63,578 nucleotides of DNA, filler included, from Reticulomyxa filosa (GCA_000512085.1; 14 parts of 14 records of this genome joined end to end with filler, not necessarily neighbours in it); one strand, 5' to 3'. Shown: positions 1 to 13,377, counted from the first letter of the whole stretch. The notes: generated by a model from the letters alone, not told the origin. Numbers and translations: made by a program.

Positions 1-35
<35 letters not shown>

Positions 36-120
36 ATTTTATATTGTATCGATTTTGGCAAAAAACAGAGTCTTGTATCAAAGTAACAGCACTTTGCAAA
101 AAAAAAAAAAAAAAAAAAAG

Positions 121-1552
121 AACGTTTTTTCCCATCAGCAAATCCTGGACGAAAGAAAAGAAACGAAAAACTATTGGGAAGAAGATCAAGTGTCATTGTT
201 TTTACGTTATCACGACACATTGTCAGAGCTGTCCGTATGCGGCGGCGCGTCTGAAGCGAACGCTCGTGCTGATGGCAGTAACTCGGCGACGAGGACCCTT
301 GCGGACGTGACGACAGTACGTGAGAGCAAAGGGGATGGAAATAACAACCAAACAATGGACGAAACGATAAAGACAGTGCAAAAGTTCAAAGAAGAAACAA
401 ACAAAAAAATCGTGGATAGCTTGTATCATTGTCTGTTAGCAACTCCCAGCGAATATATTCAAATGGAACACTCGGACGAGTTCCTCCCTTGTCGTCTGTC
501 CGAAATCGAGCTTGTCAGTGGCATCCCTCAACAAACCCTAACTCACATGTTTGGCCAAGTGTGTGCCATTGGCACTTTGTTCCACAAATGCAATCACCAT
601 TCTCTTCGTGATAACAACAATGTCATTCAAGTTAATGCTCCTCTTTTCTTTGTACATATTTCAAAAACGTATACGTGCGCGCACATACACACGCAAAAAA
701 AAAAAAAAAAAAAAAAAAGTGTGAGGGAAGGAATTGGACATTATTTAAACTTTTATCGCGAATGTGTCATTGCGCTGCCCCAAGTTTTGTTGCGCCAACA
801 TGGACAGACAGACCCAGAGACGGAGCCAGAGACAGGGAATGGATCGAATGACGAGTCCTCTTTGGAAGATACGATAATGGACATGCTACTACATACCCAC
901 TCGCTGAAAGCGATGCTGCAGAGTCTGCTCGAGCTTTTGCAGCTGCTTTCTGCCTCGTGTGGAGAACACACCGCCAACGTTGACGTCCTCGAAACTTTGT
1001 ATCAAGCGGTCCAACTGTCGCATTCAAATAGCTACGCTTATGCCTTATACTTGTTCTTGTTCAAATGCGCCATCAAACCTGTTTTGGATACTATCAGCGC
1101 TTGGTACTTACTCTCACTAACTGTTTGACGTATACGTTACATACATTATATGTACATATATATACACATGCATATATGTATACATATATATATAATGTAT
1201 GTAATCTATACAATTTTTATGAATGGGGAAAAAAATAATAAGGATATTTCGTGGCGAATTTGTGGACAAAAAAGAGGAATTGAGCACATGTGGAGGAAAG
1301 GATGCGAAGGCGACGTTCAACAAATTGCCCGATTTTTTGAAACGATATCAGCCGAGTATCGATCGGTGTGGATGGTCACTGCGCATTTTGTTGGGCGAGG
1401 ACGACGCGCGAATGCAAACGCCGCGGTTGTGGTGGCAATCTGCCGTCCATGAATTGATGATGACCTCAACTGCTACGCTACGAATTGGGGTAAACTTTCG
1501 TGATATTCAAACCATCACTGCGATTTATCAAGAGTTTCATCAAATGCAAAAA
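121..1552 (+). CDS. Gamma-tubulin complex component (Spc97/Spc98 family, GRIP1 region), partial, multi-exon
   Basis: Splicing GT 1104..AG 1242 joins ORFs 55..1128 and 1223..1651 into LFKCAIKPVLDTISAW-IFRGEFVDKKEE...LPDFLKRYQPSIDRCGWSLRIL, matching the GCP pattern P..l..Wi..G.l.D..eE..P.Fl......G.sl..L. Both ends truncated; the paralog (GCP5-like?) is not certain. Confidence 0.75.
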
Positions 1553-1687
1553 GCTACTTATTTCAATGCACATATCTACATATATATATATGTGTATATG
1601 TATAAATATATATATACATATAAATATATATATATATTTATACGTATATGACATATTTGGAATATATTTTGATGAGTTGATTTGGAG

Positions 1688-1787
1688 NNNNNNNNNNNNN
1701 NNNNNNNNNNNNNNNNNNNNNNNNNNNNNNNTTAATTAATTAANNNNNNNNNNNNNNNNNNNNNNNNNNNNNNNNNNNNNNNNNNNN
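1688..1787. other. Artificial contig linker
   Basis: N44-TTAATTAATTAA-N44; stops in all six frames. Confidence 0.97.
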
Positions 1788-2039
1788 ACTCTTGCTTCTT
1801 TTATTTCACTTTATTTCTTTTTTTTTTTTTTAAAAAAAATAAAAGATATTGAAAAATATATTTAAAAAAAAACATGATGTTTTGTTTCAAAACTGGTGAT
1901 TGTGCAAGGACATGATAAAATAACATTTGTAACCAAATGGCTCGAACAGCATCACGATATCTCAATACCTTTCAATCGTCGAATTTCTTCAATTTTTTTG
2001 AATCAATATAAAGTTGTTGTTGTTGTTATTGTTAATTTC

Positions 2040-2424
2040 ATGTTTTTTTAGTTGTTTCGCAAATGATATCCCATTTTTGTTGCGCTGAGTACCGATTCAA
2101 ATCTTTTGTGAGTAAATCCATGACGGCTGTAACACTCACAATCTCTGGCATTTTCAAATCTTCGAATATTTTGTACTCTTCTGCACTGCAGGTGCAATTG
2201 AGTATCTACATCGTTGGATTGTTTCCATTTGTTATGTTTTTTTTTTTAAGATTCGTGCTACCAAGGGTAATCATTGATTACTAGGAAAATACATAAAACA
2301 CACATACGCACACCTTTTTCAAAATTCTTTCAATCAAAGCAGAATAGCTTTCTGTTGAATCTTTTTGACATTTTTTCAGCACTGTCTTTTCTTTTTTAAT
2401 TTCTTCGCTATCATTCTGCGACAT
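2040..2424 (-). CDS. Small hypothetical spliced protein
   Basis: Minus-strand MSQNDSEEIKKEK...NFEK, then a GT donor and a second open exon (ILNCTCSAEEYKIFEDLKMPEIV...). No recognisable family. Confidence 0.3.
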
Positions 2425-4113
2425 TGGTCAGAGGCTTTATTTTTTTATTTTTTTGATAAAATGCAACTCTCAATACAATTCACTACTTTTGTTTACTTGG
2501 CTTCACTACAGAAACAAGCTAAGAAGAAAAGATGAACTTGAATTGTTGCCACCGGCTAAAATAATTTTATGAGCAATTATAAACAGACCCTTTTTGTTCT
2601 TGAGCAGAGCGCTTTTTTCAAGTACAAAGTTTTCTCGAATTCGCGCAAGTGTAAACGTGAAAACTTTATCCAACGAAAAAATTCCGATAAACCAAAAACC
2701 AATGTGCTTTAGATATTATCCTTCATAAAAACTAGTATTCAATCATTGAATTTTTAGAGATATTGATAATATGGTAATGCTTATTTCGGTACATTCTAAA
2801 AGAATTTCTGGACGTTTTTACAAATTTGTCGATGATTTCAATGAACTTGTCTCTACTCTGTTTTCATGATTGCTTTCACTTTTTATGAAATTTGCTAACA
2901 GATGTCTATCAAACGCCTGTCCAAATAAGTTTTGGATGACAGAACATCAAGTAATACGACAAATCTTATCAAAATAGTATATCAAGAGATCGTGCTAAGA
3001 ACAAAACATTACATTAAATGTATCACAATCACGTACTTTTTTGTTGTATGTAAAGTTTTACAAGTGGTTGTAACATTTCTTTGTATATATATAGTCCTAC
3101 TAAAATAAGGCTTGATACACACAAATTATTCTATTGTTAGAACTAAAAGTATTTCAATAACGCAAATTGTAAATATTTTGTTAGAGGTAGATTTCATTAC
3201 TTTTGCATTTTGTTTTATTCAAAATTTTAACTTCATTTGTTATTTGCCCTTTGCTACATAATATCAATGAATGATTTTGCCTGTTTGTCCAGAAAGCGAA
3301 CAAAAAAATTATATTTATGGAATATCGACGAAAACTGAATAAAAAATATTATTATAAATGTTTTTTTAATTTAAATGATCAATTTATGTATTGCTATCGA
3401 ACAATCTGAGTCTTATTGTAAGTGTTTAAATAATTTTTCGCTATATTATTTAAGAAAGTTTCTCTCTTATTATTTTATTAAATGAAATGAAACGAGCTAA
3501 AGAGTAACAAAATGATGACCAATGATACAAAAGGCTAAGCTATAAAAAGATTACACAATACGATACCAAAAATGTAATGGCCTGCTCTTCAACAAAACGG
3601 TTTAATCGTGCGTAGCAAACAAATAATTATATTTGTTTGTCACAAAGTAGCAGGTACTGATAAAATTTTGTACATATTTTAAAAAAAATGAATTGATATA
3701 TATGGACTAAAACAAGAGGTAATTAAGAACAGAAATGATATTGTTACTCATTTTTTTCAGAAGAATACATTTCTGTCATACGCTTACCAAATATATTATT
3801 TTTACCATTGCAACAGTTTTGAAGGAGAATCCTCAGTTAAAGGGTTTTTCTGGTTTTTGCAATAATTTTTTTAAACCGAACATGCTGCATCAAATCAGAC
3901 GTGTTTATTGCCAAATCTGGAACTGAATGTTGTTTTTTCCTCTTCAAATCAGGTTTTTGAACTGAACAACCACCGAAATGGGGCGTTGTGTGTCTTTCGT
4001 ACGGTTGCCTGATACCCAAGAAGACAGAATACTTTTGGGCATGCGAAAAGTGGGTTTACACTAACAACATTTGAGCAGGAGACAGTTGTTGAACACTTGG
4101 CAAGATCAATGGG

Positions 4114-4213
4114 NNNNNNNNNNNNNNNNNNNNNNNNNNNNNNNNNNNNNNNNNNNNTTAATTAATTAANNNNNNNNNNNNNNNNNNNNNNNNNNNNNNN
4201 NNNNNNNNNNNNN
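4114..4213. other. Artificial contig linker
   Basis: N44-TTAATTAATTAA-N44. Confidence 0.97.
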
Positions 4214-4214
4214 C

Positions 4215-7200
4215 GTGAATTGTTGGAGAATAGCCACAGCCCGTAAATTGGCAGAAAGCCAACGATGCGAGTTGCCCATCGACACGAATTACTGCATAAC
4301 GTATTTGCACTTGATGGACGAGGACTTGGCGAAGGCGACGATGGGTGGCGAGGCGGAGCACATAAACGAGGACATATGGAAGAACGTGTATGTGAAATAT
4401 GTCGACAATGTTCCTCCGTACGTGTTCAAGCAGCACCCAGTGTTGAACCCGAGAGACAAGAAGCACTACGACGATTCCTGTTTCCGTGTCCGAGACCGTT
4501 TGGCCATTATTTACGCCGCCGTTACCAATGACATTCAAGAACATGGAGCGGGGATTCGTTTAGATAGTTTGTTTTTTTTTTTTTTAAATAAAAAAAAAAA
4601 AAAAAGGGGGGGACAGAAGCCCTTTTTCCTCTCCCCTTTTGCATGAACTTTTTTTTTTATTAAAAAAAATAAATAAATAAATAACAAAAAAAATAAAAAA
4701 AAATAAAAAAAGGTGTGGCGACGTACCAAGCAATGGGAGACCATTGTGTGAATGACCTCTTTCCATTACACACAAGAGAGCAACTGGACGTGATGCTGAA
4801 TCGACTGTTCAGCTGGGACCCGCAAACGTATTTGAACCTGCCATTGGACGAAATGCGAGAGTACTTTGGAGAATACATAGCAATGTATTTTGCGTTTTTG
4901 GAGTTTTTCACGAAATTTCTGATCCCGATCGTGGTGGTGGGGATCGTGTTCTTCATCCTGCAGTTGGCGACGGGCAAGGTGTTGGTGTGGGGTATCGAGA
5001 TGTTTGCACTGATGGTGATCGTGTGGGCAGTGTGTTTCCCAATCTTTTGGAGGAAGCAAGAGTATTACTGGGCTATGCGTTGGGGTCAGTTGCGCTTCGA
5101 CCTGGAAGAAGGCACGCGTCCCGAGTTTGAGGGCACGTACCAGCGAAGCGCGATCGATGGATCGTTGATCGAGTACTATCCGCACTCGTTGCGCAACCAA
5201 AAGCGTGTGTTGTCATTCACCATTGTGGTGTGTTTTTTGGTGGCGTTGGTGGTCAGCACGGTGGGCGTGGTGGCGCTGCGTGTATGGGCGGCACGTGCGG
5301 ACAACCCCAGCACGGACTACATTGTGAGTGTGGTGAATGCATTGGTGATCATGTTCTTCAACAACATTTACGGCGTGATTGCGGAGAGAATGAACGAATG
5401 GGAAAACTATGAGACGGAGACGCAATATGAAAACAACCTTATCATTAAAGTGTTTGTTTTCCGCTTTGTCAATTCGTACGCGTCGCTGTATTACTTGGCC
5501 TTCTTTCACGCTTTGAAAATTTTGACAGTCGCTTGCATTGCGAACCCGAAGAGTGCAGCAAAGAGCTGGCCTCGCAATTAGCAGTCATCTTTTTGACACA
5601 ACTGTTTGTGTCCAATGCCATTGAACTCGGCAGTCTGTGGTTTGCGCGTGTATGCAAAGGTGGGTCGGCGTCATTTGAAAGCGATGACGAAGGGTCGCGT
5701 GTCTGGAACGAGTACAAGTCCGAACGCTACGATCGGACCTTTGATGACTATAACGAACTTCTCGTGTCGTACGGATACTGCACGCTGTTTGTGATTGCGT
5801 TCCCTTTTGCCCCCTTTTTTGGCTTCCTCAGCAATATTGTCGAGTCGCGCATCGATGGCTACAAGGTATGCCACTTGCTACGACGACCCTTTCCTCGACG
5901 TGCTGACGATATTGGCGCATGGCAGTTTGCCTTGGAAGGCATGGCCTGGGCTGTCCTGGCCACCAACTTGGGACTCATCTGCTTCGCCAGCAACGAACTG
6001 CGCATTCACTTTGGCATTCACAATCGCGAGTTTGAAGAAGTCGTCACGGTCATTTGTGTGTTCATTATCATCAGCTGCTTGTGGCAACTCCTCGCTCGCT
6101 GCTTCAAGGACACGCCCACCTACGTCGATGAACACATTCGTCGCATGAACCACATCGAACACCAACTGCAGAAACTTTCCCAAGAGGTCGAACGCTTCTT
6201 TGACGACCTGCGCGAAGACGAAGTCGCCGGATGGGAACAGTGGAACATCCAGTATGTCCTCGCCTTTTTGCAAAAGGTTTTGGTCAAAAACGGGGTCGAA
6301 TACGAACAGATCAAGGCCATCTTCAACAAATACAATATCAACGGAAAAATCTTTGCCAAACTCAAACAAGATCAGCTCACCAAGTACGGAGTCAAAGATC
6401 ACATGATTGCGGAGCTCATCATACATGCACGTCAGTTGCTAATACGCCATGCGAGCAAAGTCAAAATACAAGCGAGTATGTTTGAAGAATTGGCTAATCA
6501 ATCATCTACTGTTGAGTAATATAATATATATGTATATATATATACATATACATATATGTACATATATGTATATATATATATAATGTAAAAAAAAAAAAAA
6601 ATCAATATATTATTAATCAACTCAGTATGGTGTTCCAGCAGTTCAATCGAACGTAGGAGAATTGAAACCTCAGACAGCTACACATGCTTCTACTGGAGAT
6701 GGAGACGAAAGTGGAGGTGCTGGCCCGGTGTTTGAATTCAACAATGAACATTTATTGCAGTTGGCAAACTACTTCGAAACGGAAATGACCGGACAACTGA
6801 AAAAGAAATTGTGGGAAAAGGTAGACAAGGATGCCTCATCGATGATTGAGTCCAACGAAATGACACTGTTTTTATACTTTTCATTCGTCCTCTTCATCAA
6901 AACCAAATTCCCACAGTCGGGCATTCCAAAAAAGATGACACCAACTTCCATCGCCGCATTTTGTCGCCTTTGAAGAAATGGCTCTTGCATTACAAAGTCA
7001 GCAATCAAGGTCTGTCTTACGATGAATTTGACAAGTATTTTTCAACTTGGATTCGTGAGTACCACAAAGAGTTAAAATCTTCTTCCAGACCATCTCAATT
7101 CCAAGGATACTCGGGAGATTCCATTGGCGCTGATAGCCGTAAGCAGACACTTCTTGGCTTTGATGGTGTGGACGATGAATCCAAGTCTCTCTCCAAAGAC

Positions 7201-7587
7201 AGCTCAAACCAACATCTAAAACGCGTTCCACGTGAGCAATGGCCGAAACCTTCTATCGAATGGGAACATAAAATGAGTGATGTTGCTTTGACTTTGGCCA
7301 AAACTGATGCACAAACGAAAGCTCGCTTGTGGGATAAAATCGATAGCAAATCAGCTGGCAAATTGGATGCGGACAAATCTTTGGTTCGCTTTTTATATCT
7401 TATTCTCACTTATCACGTGAAAGTCGAATCTCGAAATGCCAAAGTACCCAAACTAGAAGAATTGCAAGCTTTGTTAGTTGAAATCGCCCTGAAAATTCGA
7501 CGAAAATTGCCAAATGAAAACTCTTTATCTAAGCAAGACTTCGTTGATCATTTTGCCAGTTATTTGAAAGACGCTGCTAAAGAATAA
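4215..7587 (+). CDS. Anoctamin/TMEM16 family channel or scramblase with C-terminal SAM and two EF-hand-like repeats; 5' partial
   Basis: Anoctamin motifs FPLH, PLDEMREYFGEYIAMYFAFL, WENYETETQYENNLIIKVFVFRFVNSY, C..EL..QL..I, DDYNELLVSYGY, NIVESRIDG, PFPRRADDIGAW. Introns 4558..4712 and 6511..6625 restore the frame. Single-base frameshifts near 5512 and 6930. Confidence 0.9.
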
Positions 7588-8266
7588 ACATCACAAAATC
7601 CAACAATACCTGTGGTCTGTGTCAATTATTTCGTCGGTGCAAGTTTTTTCTTTGTGTTTTGTTGTGTCTTGTTTTTTATGGTTTGTTTTCATTTTTCCCA
7701 AACGCTCAAATAAAAAACTCAACGGGAAAAAAAGCCTTTTTGGTAGGTTTTGTGAAATAGTGAGTTCTTATTCTTTCACACATGCTTTTTTTCTTATTTT
7801 TGGAGGATCTAATTGAATATATTTTTGCCTTCCATTGGGGTTTCTTCAACGTAAACAGAATGTGGTGGTTGATTTTTCGTTAAGTAAGTATCCTTTTGAG
7901 AAATGAATATCCACAAAGGACCTCTTTCTTGTTTGGGCGTTTTCCTCTTTGTTTTTGGATTCGAGGTTTTTAAAAAGATACAAATTTGTCATAATATGAA
8001 ATCAATCTATTTTAGGAGGATGTTAGTAGCTGTTTATATAAATAAAGAAACGTGCTAAGAGGATGAACCTTCACATAAAGGTTCGATTTTTGTTTATGCT
8101 TCAGCAACCGAATGCTAATAAGAAATGCAGAGAACATTTTTTAGATACCAAATTTTGAAGATGTATGAAGGAGTATCCACGCACAGTTCATGTGCCAATA
8201 AGCAAAAAAAATAATTTAAAAATAGGCACATAAATAACAAGAAAAACAACTCAAGTTCCAACGTTG

Positions 8267-10970
8267 TTAATTTTTTTGGTTTTTGTTGGCATAGCTATCA
8301 TCTGGATTCACGTACATGTCACTAGAAATATTTATTGAATACTCTTCATCCTGTCCTTGCGCCTCAAAGCCGTAGTTCCATCTGCCACGACTGCTAATTT
8401 CTCTCTCTCTGTCATCGTAAGTTTCTCCGTTGCCATCGCCGTGATTCTGTCTGTCTTTATTTGTGGAGACTTTGAGTCTACCATTTCGCTGTTTGTGTCG
8501 TTTATCCACGCTTCTGTCTTTCTTTTTAATATCTCGGTCTCTTTGTCTGTCTTCCTCTCTTTGTCTATCTTTGTCTCTCGCTCTAAAGCCAGAGCTTTCT
8601 CTTCGCCGAAAATTATCATCTGTGTATTGTTCTGATTTTTCTCGATGTCTTTTGTGATGTCTCCTGTTCGACCTTGATCCAAACGTCACCAACAAATGGA
8701 TAAGTAAACATTAAAAATAAATAAAACAAAAATTATGATTTAACGAAACAAACGTGAATCAAAACAAACAAAGATACCTTGAGCGAGATCTCGATTTGGA
8801 GTGAGTATTTGATTTACTCGGACTTTTTGCCCTCGGTCTATCCTCGGACTCTGAGCTATGTGAGCGGGTATGATCCGAGGGTGACATAGAATGCGATTTG
8901 GATTTAGTGCTATGGTTGTCAGGTTCTTGATCATGTTTAGCAACATCTTTTAATTTTTTGTGCTTTGCATTTTGTTTGTCTCCTTCATCAAGAGTTTCTT
9001 CTTCTTTTTCGTGATTCTCTTTGGGTCGTTCTGGGAATGTTCCTTTAGTTTTGTCTGTTTCAGCTTCAGTTTCAGTATCTTTTTTTTTTCAATATCCGAA
9101 GCATGGCTATTATTCAAATGTTCGAATTTGTCTTTGGCCGCTTTGTCGTCTGTTTCACTAACCTCCCCATCTTCAGGAACTTCTCCATCTTCGGGAACAC
9201 TTCCATTCATGTCTTCTGTCTTGGGCGTTTTGATGCGTTTGCTCTTGCTACCTGGGCCGCTACCTGCATCTTCATCCCTAATGACGTCAGACTGCAGCAT
9301 TACACTATGCGGTCTTTTTTTGGAGGATTGATCCTCTTTCGGCGACCATACGTACTTCCACAGCTCATCTTTTTGTTCCTCGCTCAGCGACAACAGCAAG
9401 CTACGATACGAGGCAATCTTGTCAATGTCATTTGCATTTGATACAGACTCTGCACTTGCTCCCACTTTCTGCAGCACGTCGGTCCACGACATGTCCGGAG
9501 TCAACTGGAAATCGCGGACCATTTGTTCGAATTGCGCAATGGTTTGTGCAGACACATTGGGAGTGACGAGAGAAGAGGGCTTTTGCTTTTTCTTGCTGTG
9601 CTTCGACAACGACTTTTGTTTACGTTCCAAGTATTCGTAAAGGATCATGTAGATCACGTGGTCTGACATGTTCGCAAACGTTTCATCACAACACTCTTTC
9701 AACTTGTCTTTGAATTGTTTCATTATTGAATTCACAGTGTCTTGTAATGTCACTGTCAATTCTTTGTTCTTTGTTATTGTTATTGTTGTTGTTGTTGTCG
9801 TTGTCGTTGTTTGTTTTGCCATTAGTGAAGCAATTTGAGTTTCAAATAAAACACACATACACACGCACAGATGTATACACACACACACATACACACACAC
9901 ATAAAGACAAAAACTCTTTCAACATTTGTTATCCAAAGCAATACCACTATTTAATTGTTTTTTTTGGTTTTTTTTTTCCCCCATTTGCTTCAGCACGCAA
10001 AGACAAAAAAAAAAAAAAAGATAACTTTGAGCCACTTTTTAAATTTGTTTCTGTCGTCTTTGATTTTTTCTTTGATTTGTTCCAAGTGCGTTGCAAAGAC
10101 GTGCTTAATTTTGGTCGACTGTTGCTCTTGCATCACTTTGTATCTTGGGTCGTTTTCTAACAATCCCACGATTTTTGTCCATTCCGAGTTGCAGTGCAAC
10201 AGTTGCTTTTCTGACAACTCGTTTAGTAATTCCTTTTTTTTAAAAAAAAAAAAAAAGTGATCATTTTACAGATAAGCTTACCATCAGAAATACATAGCAC
10301 GTATACATATACATATGTATAATAAGTATATGAAAATAAGCCAATTGTATAAAATACAAAACTTTGAATTGTGTTCGTTGCTCTCTTTCTGCTTGTCTCT
10401 TTTGTTCTTTGATGGCTTTTAATTTTTGTTCTTCCTTTTCTACAACTTCATCTTGAATATTCTCAAAGATCTGTACATATACATATATATGCATATATAA
10501 ATATATATATATATATGTATATATTTGTGTGCATTTCAAGAAACAAAAGAAAAAGACAAGACGTACTTTTCGACATTGTCGACTGGACAAAAGAGTGACC
10601 CACGACTCACGCATGAAAGGCAGATCGTTTTCTAAGTTTTCCCAAACGCTGTCTGTTTTGACCATTTCCGATTCGCGTAGCAATTTCTCAAATTTTTGTA
10701 TTGCTTCATCTCTTTATTTTTTTATTTTTTATTTTTTATTTTTTTTTTCTTTCCCCCCCCCCTCCCCCCCTTCCTCTTTCCTTTTCGAGGAACATTCAAA
10801 TTGAAAAACGTATAATGAAAAGAACAAAGCAAAACTTTTCTTGCTGTTTTTGTTTGCGATATTGTTCGCCTGCGCTATCTCTCCATCGGTCGTACCACTC
10901 CTCCCGAAGCGAATCCCTTGCCACGGCTTTATAGGCTTCTTCTTCTTGTAATATGTGCTTCACATGCCTG
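8267..10970 (-). CDS. PRP40-like FF-domain pre-mRNA processing factor, 5' partial, multi-exon
   Basis: Tandem FF repeats (KFEKLLRESEMVKTDSVWE; FKELLNELSEKQLLHCNSEWTKIVGLLENDPRY; QFEQMVRDFQLTPDMSWTDV), EDGEV motifs and an R/S/D-rich tail. Intron e.g. 10233..10362. Confidence 0.75.
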
Positions 10971-11031
10971 TCCATGTATTGGGATAGTAATGCAATGCAT
11001 TTATGTTATCGGTATTTTTGTGTGAAAATGA

Positions 11032-11065
<34 letters not shown>

Positions 11066-11076
11066 AAAAAAATTTT

Positions 11077-11176
11077 NNNNNNNNNNNNNNNNNNNNNNNN
11101 NNNNNNNNNNNNNNNNNNNNTTAATTAATTAANNNNNNNNNNNNNNNNNNNNNNNNNNNNNNNNNNNNNNNNNNNN
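11077..11176. other. Artificial contig linker
   Basis: N44-TTAATTAATTAA-N44. Confidence 0.97.
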
Positions 11177-11269
11177 CATGACTAACAAGCTGTCTGGAAT
11201 ACAACAAGGAATTTTATTTGGAAGAATACGTATGTGAATGTCGTGTCGTGAGGCTGGCTAGCAATTTGG

Positions 11270-12120
11270 GATAAATCATGATACAGTAAAAAAAGTTTAC
11301 ATCAGCATACTCAAGAGTGGAACGATTAAACGCAAAAGAGGCTCTGGATGTCCTAAAACGTGGATTGATAGATGCTAGGCTTGCGAATCGTAATTTACTC
11401 TGTAAGGCACAAACAGCAGTAGATTTGCAGCGACTACTCGCACGAACATATAAAAGAGCGTTCTCCGTGAGCACTGCGAAGAACATTTTAAAATCCCAGT
11501 GTTTAAATGGTCGCATACGTATCAAAAAGCTTCGGTTAACTAAGTGCCATAAAAAGTTACGTTTAGTTCGCCAAAAAACACAAATTAGGGACCAAAATTG
11601 AGTGTAGAAAAGTGACTTTTTCTGATGAAACGAAAATAAATCGTTTCTGAAGTGACAGAAAAGAATACATTTGGCGAAGACCTAATGAAATAATTTCCGA
11701 CCGTACTACTAAGCCTACTGTGAAAGTGATAGGGCAAAAGGAGTCGGTGATGCTGCCAAAATCACAGGAACTGTTAACTCTGAGTTGTATAAAGAGATTC
11801 TCGCTGACGAAATGTGGAACTTTTGTCAATATTGTCTCGAAGAAAAGTATCAGGAGGACTTTATCTTTCAGCAAGACAATGCATCTTATCACAAGTCAAA
11901 TTTAACTATGAAATTTTTGGAGAATCATCGAATAGCGCTATTAGAACATACTCCGCGGCCCAGACCTCAATCAAATCGATAATCTGTGGCAAATTATAAA
12001 GATGAAGATCCACCAAAACCATGCGGTTAAATCTTTGGAGCAGCTTTGGGATGTGTTTGAGAAAGAATGTGAAAAGATTAACAAAGATATTTGTAGAATG
12101 TTAGTGGAGATGGTGCCTCA
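11270..12120 (+). mobile_element. Degenerate Tc1/mariner (IS630-Tc1) transposase
   Basis: Across frames: KVTFSDETKINRF (D at 11624), IWRRP..PTVK, YKEIL, FIFQQDNASYH (D at 11875), PDLNQIDNLWQIIK (11978), LEQLWDVFEKECEKI. Stops, frameshifts and a deletion are present; no TIRs seen. Confidence 0.9.
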
Positions 12121-12182
12121 ATTCCAGTCATTTTTGAAAATTTTTTTCTTCAAACAACTTTTCTAAATTTTTGTTTATTGTT

Positions 12183-12282
12183 NNNNNNNNNNNNNNNNNN
12201 NNNNNNNNNNNNNNNNNNNNNNNNNNTTAATTAATTAANNNNNNNNNNNNNNNNNNNNNNNNNNNNNNNNNNNNNNNNNNNN
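12183..12282. other. Artificial contig linker
   Basis: N44-TTAATTAATTAA-N44. Confidence 0.97.
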
Positions 12283-13377
12283 CTTTTTCACTTTTGACAC
12301 GATTTTGGTTGTTACGGCAATGGCATCCAATTTATAATTAATGCGTGAGGGAAATGTGAGAAAATTTTGGAAGAAAAATGACAATTATAATCAATTTGCT
12401 GACAATTACCACAAATGAAATGTATGTCATTCTGATAAGAAATTGAAAGCAAGAACGATTTGTAAAAGATACAGTATGTATTGTTATTTCATATACAAAA
12501 TATTGTACACCATCTTTTTGTTTGGTATAAAGCAAACAACAAAATATTATGCAACTTTTCTCTCGTAACACCTTTCAACAACAAAGAACGAAGCAAAAGT
12601 GGCCAGGAAGCACAATTAGCTTTTAGCTTTTCAATCTGTTACAAATCAGCACTTGCGTAAAAGAATTTAAAGACAAGTAAGAACATGAAAAGAAAAAAAT
12701 TAAAAAATTGGAACTAGACACTTTCTTTGTAAGCGCTTTCTTAATGAATTAGAAACAAAATTTCAAAGTAAAAGAATAAATCTTCATGTACCGATCAACT
12801 TTTTTGAATAAAAAATGAATATTGTTCACAAGAATGTGTGTCATTTTTATTTAAGAAACGTGTTACAAGGCGGATTGTAGTTCAATTTTTTGTAACGTTT
12901 GTCTTTTAAAGCAAATAACATAAATTTACTTAATACTGCTTCCACATCTGAAGTGAATGTCGTTGTCCGCAACTAAAGTTTTTAGTAGTGTTCGTTGCTG
13001 AAGGATTTTCAAAAAAGAAACTAAAGACACTGCTGAACAAAAATGTATGTGTTATTTTATACTGATTGATGAAGCACATATTATTAAGTCTATTCAAAAT
13101 AAGAAAGGTCATTATCGTGAAAAAATTGATTTAAAAGAATTTGAAAAGCTTTGATGCAGCATTTATTCTTTTTTCTATCGACATACATCTTTTTTTTTCC
13201 ATAGATATTATAGAACTAAATACGTCCTTATAGCTTTTTTTTGTTTGTTTAAGAAATTCCAAACTCAAACAACAGCATAAATTCAGCAAAAAAAGAAGTC
13301 ACGAGTCATTGCATAGTCTATCAAAATAATGTAATTAAAATAGAATTCTTTCTTGACAATCAAATACTAATTTGAAA

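Noticed and set aside
3953-4113. Fragment (RILLGMRKVGLH) as the 5' end of the anoctamin
   Set aside because: Plausible, but separated by a linker and broken by frameshifts; cannot be supported.
4766-6426. Long antisense or alternate-frame ORFs (also 25803..26507, 54046..54627)
   Set aside because: Shadows of real genes with no recognisable motifs.
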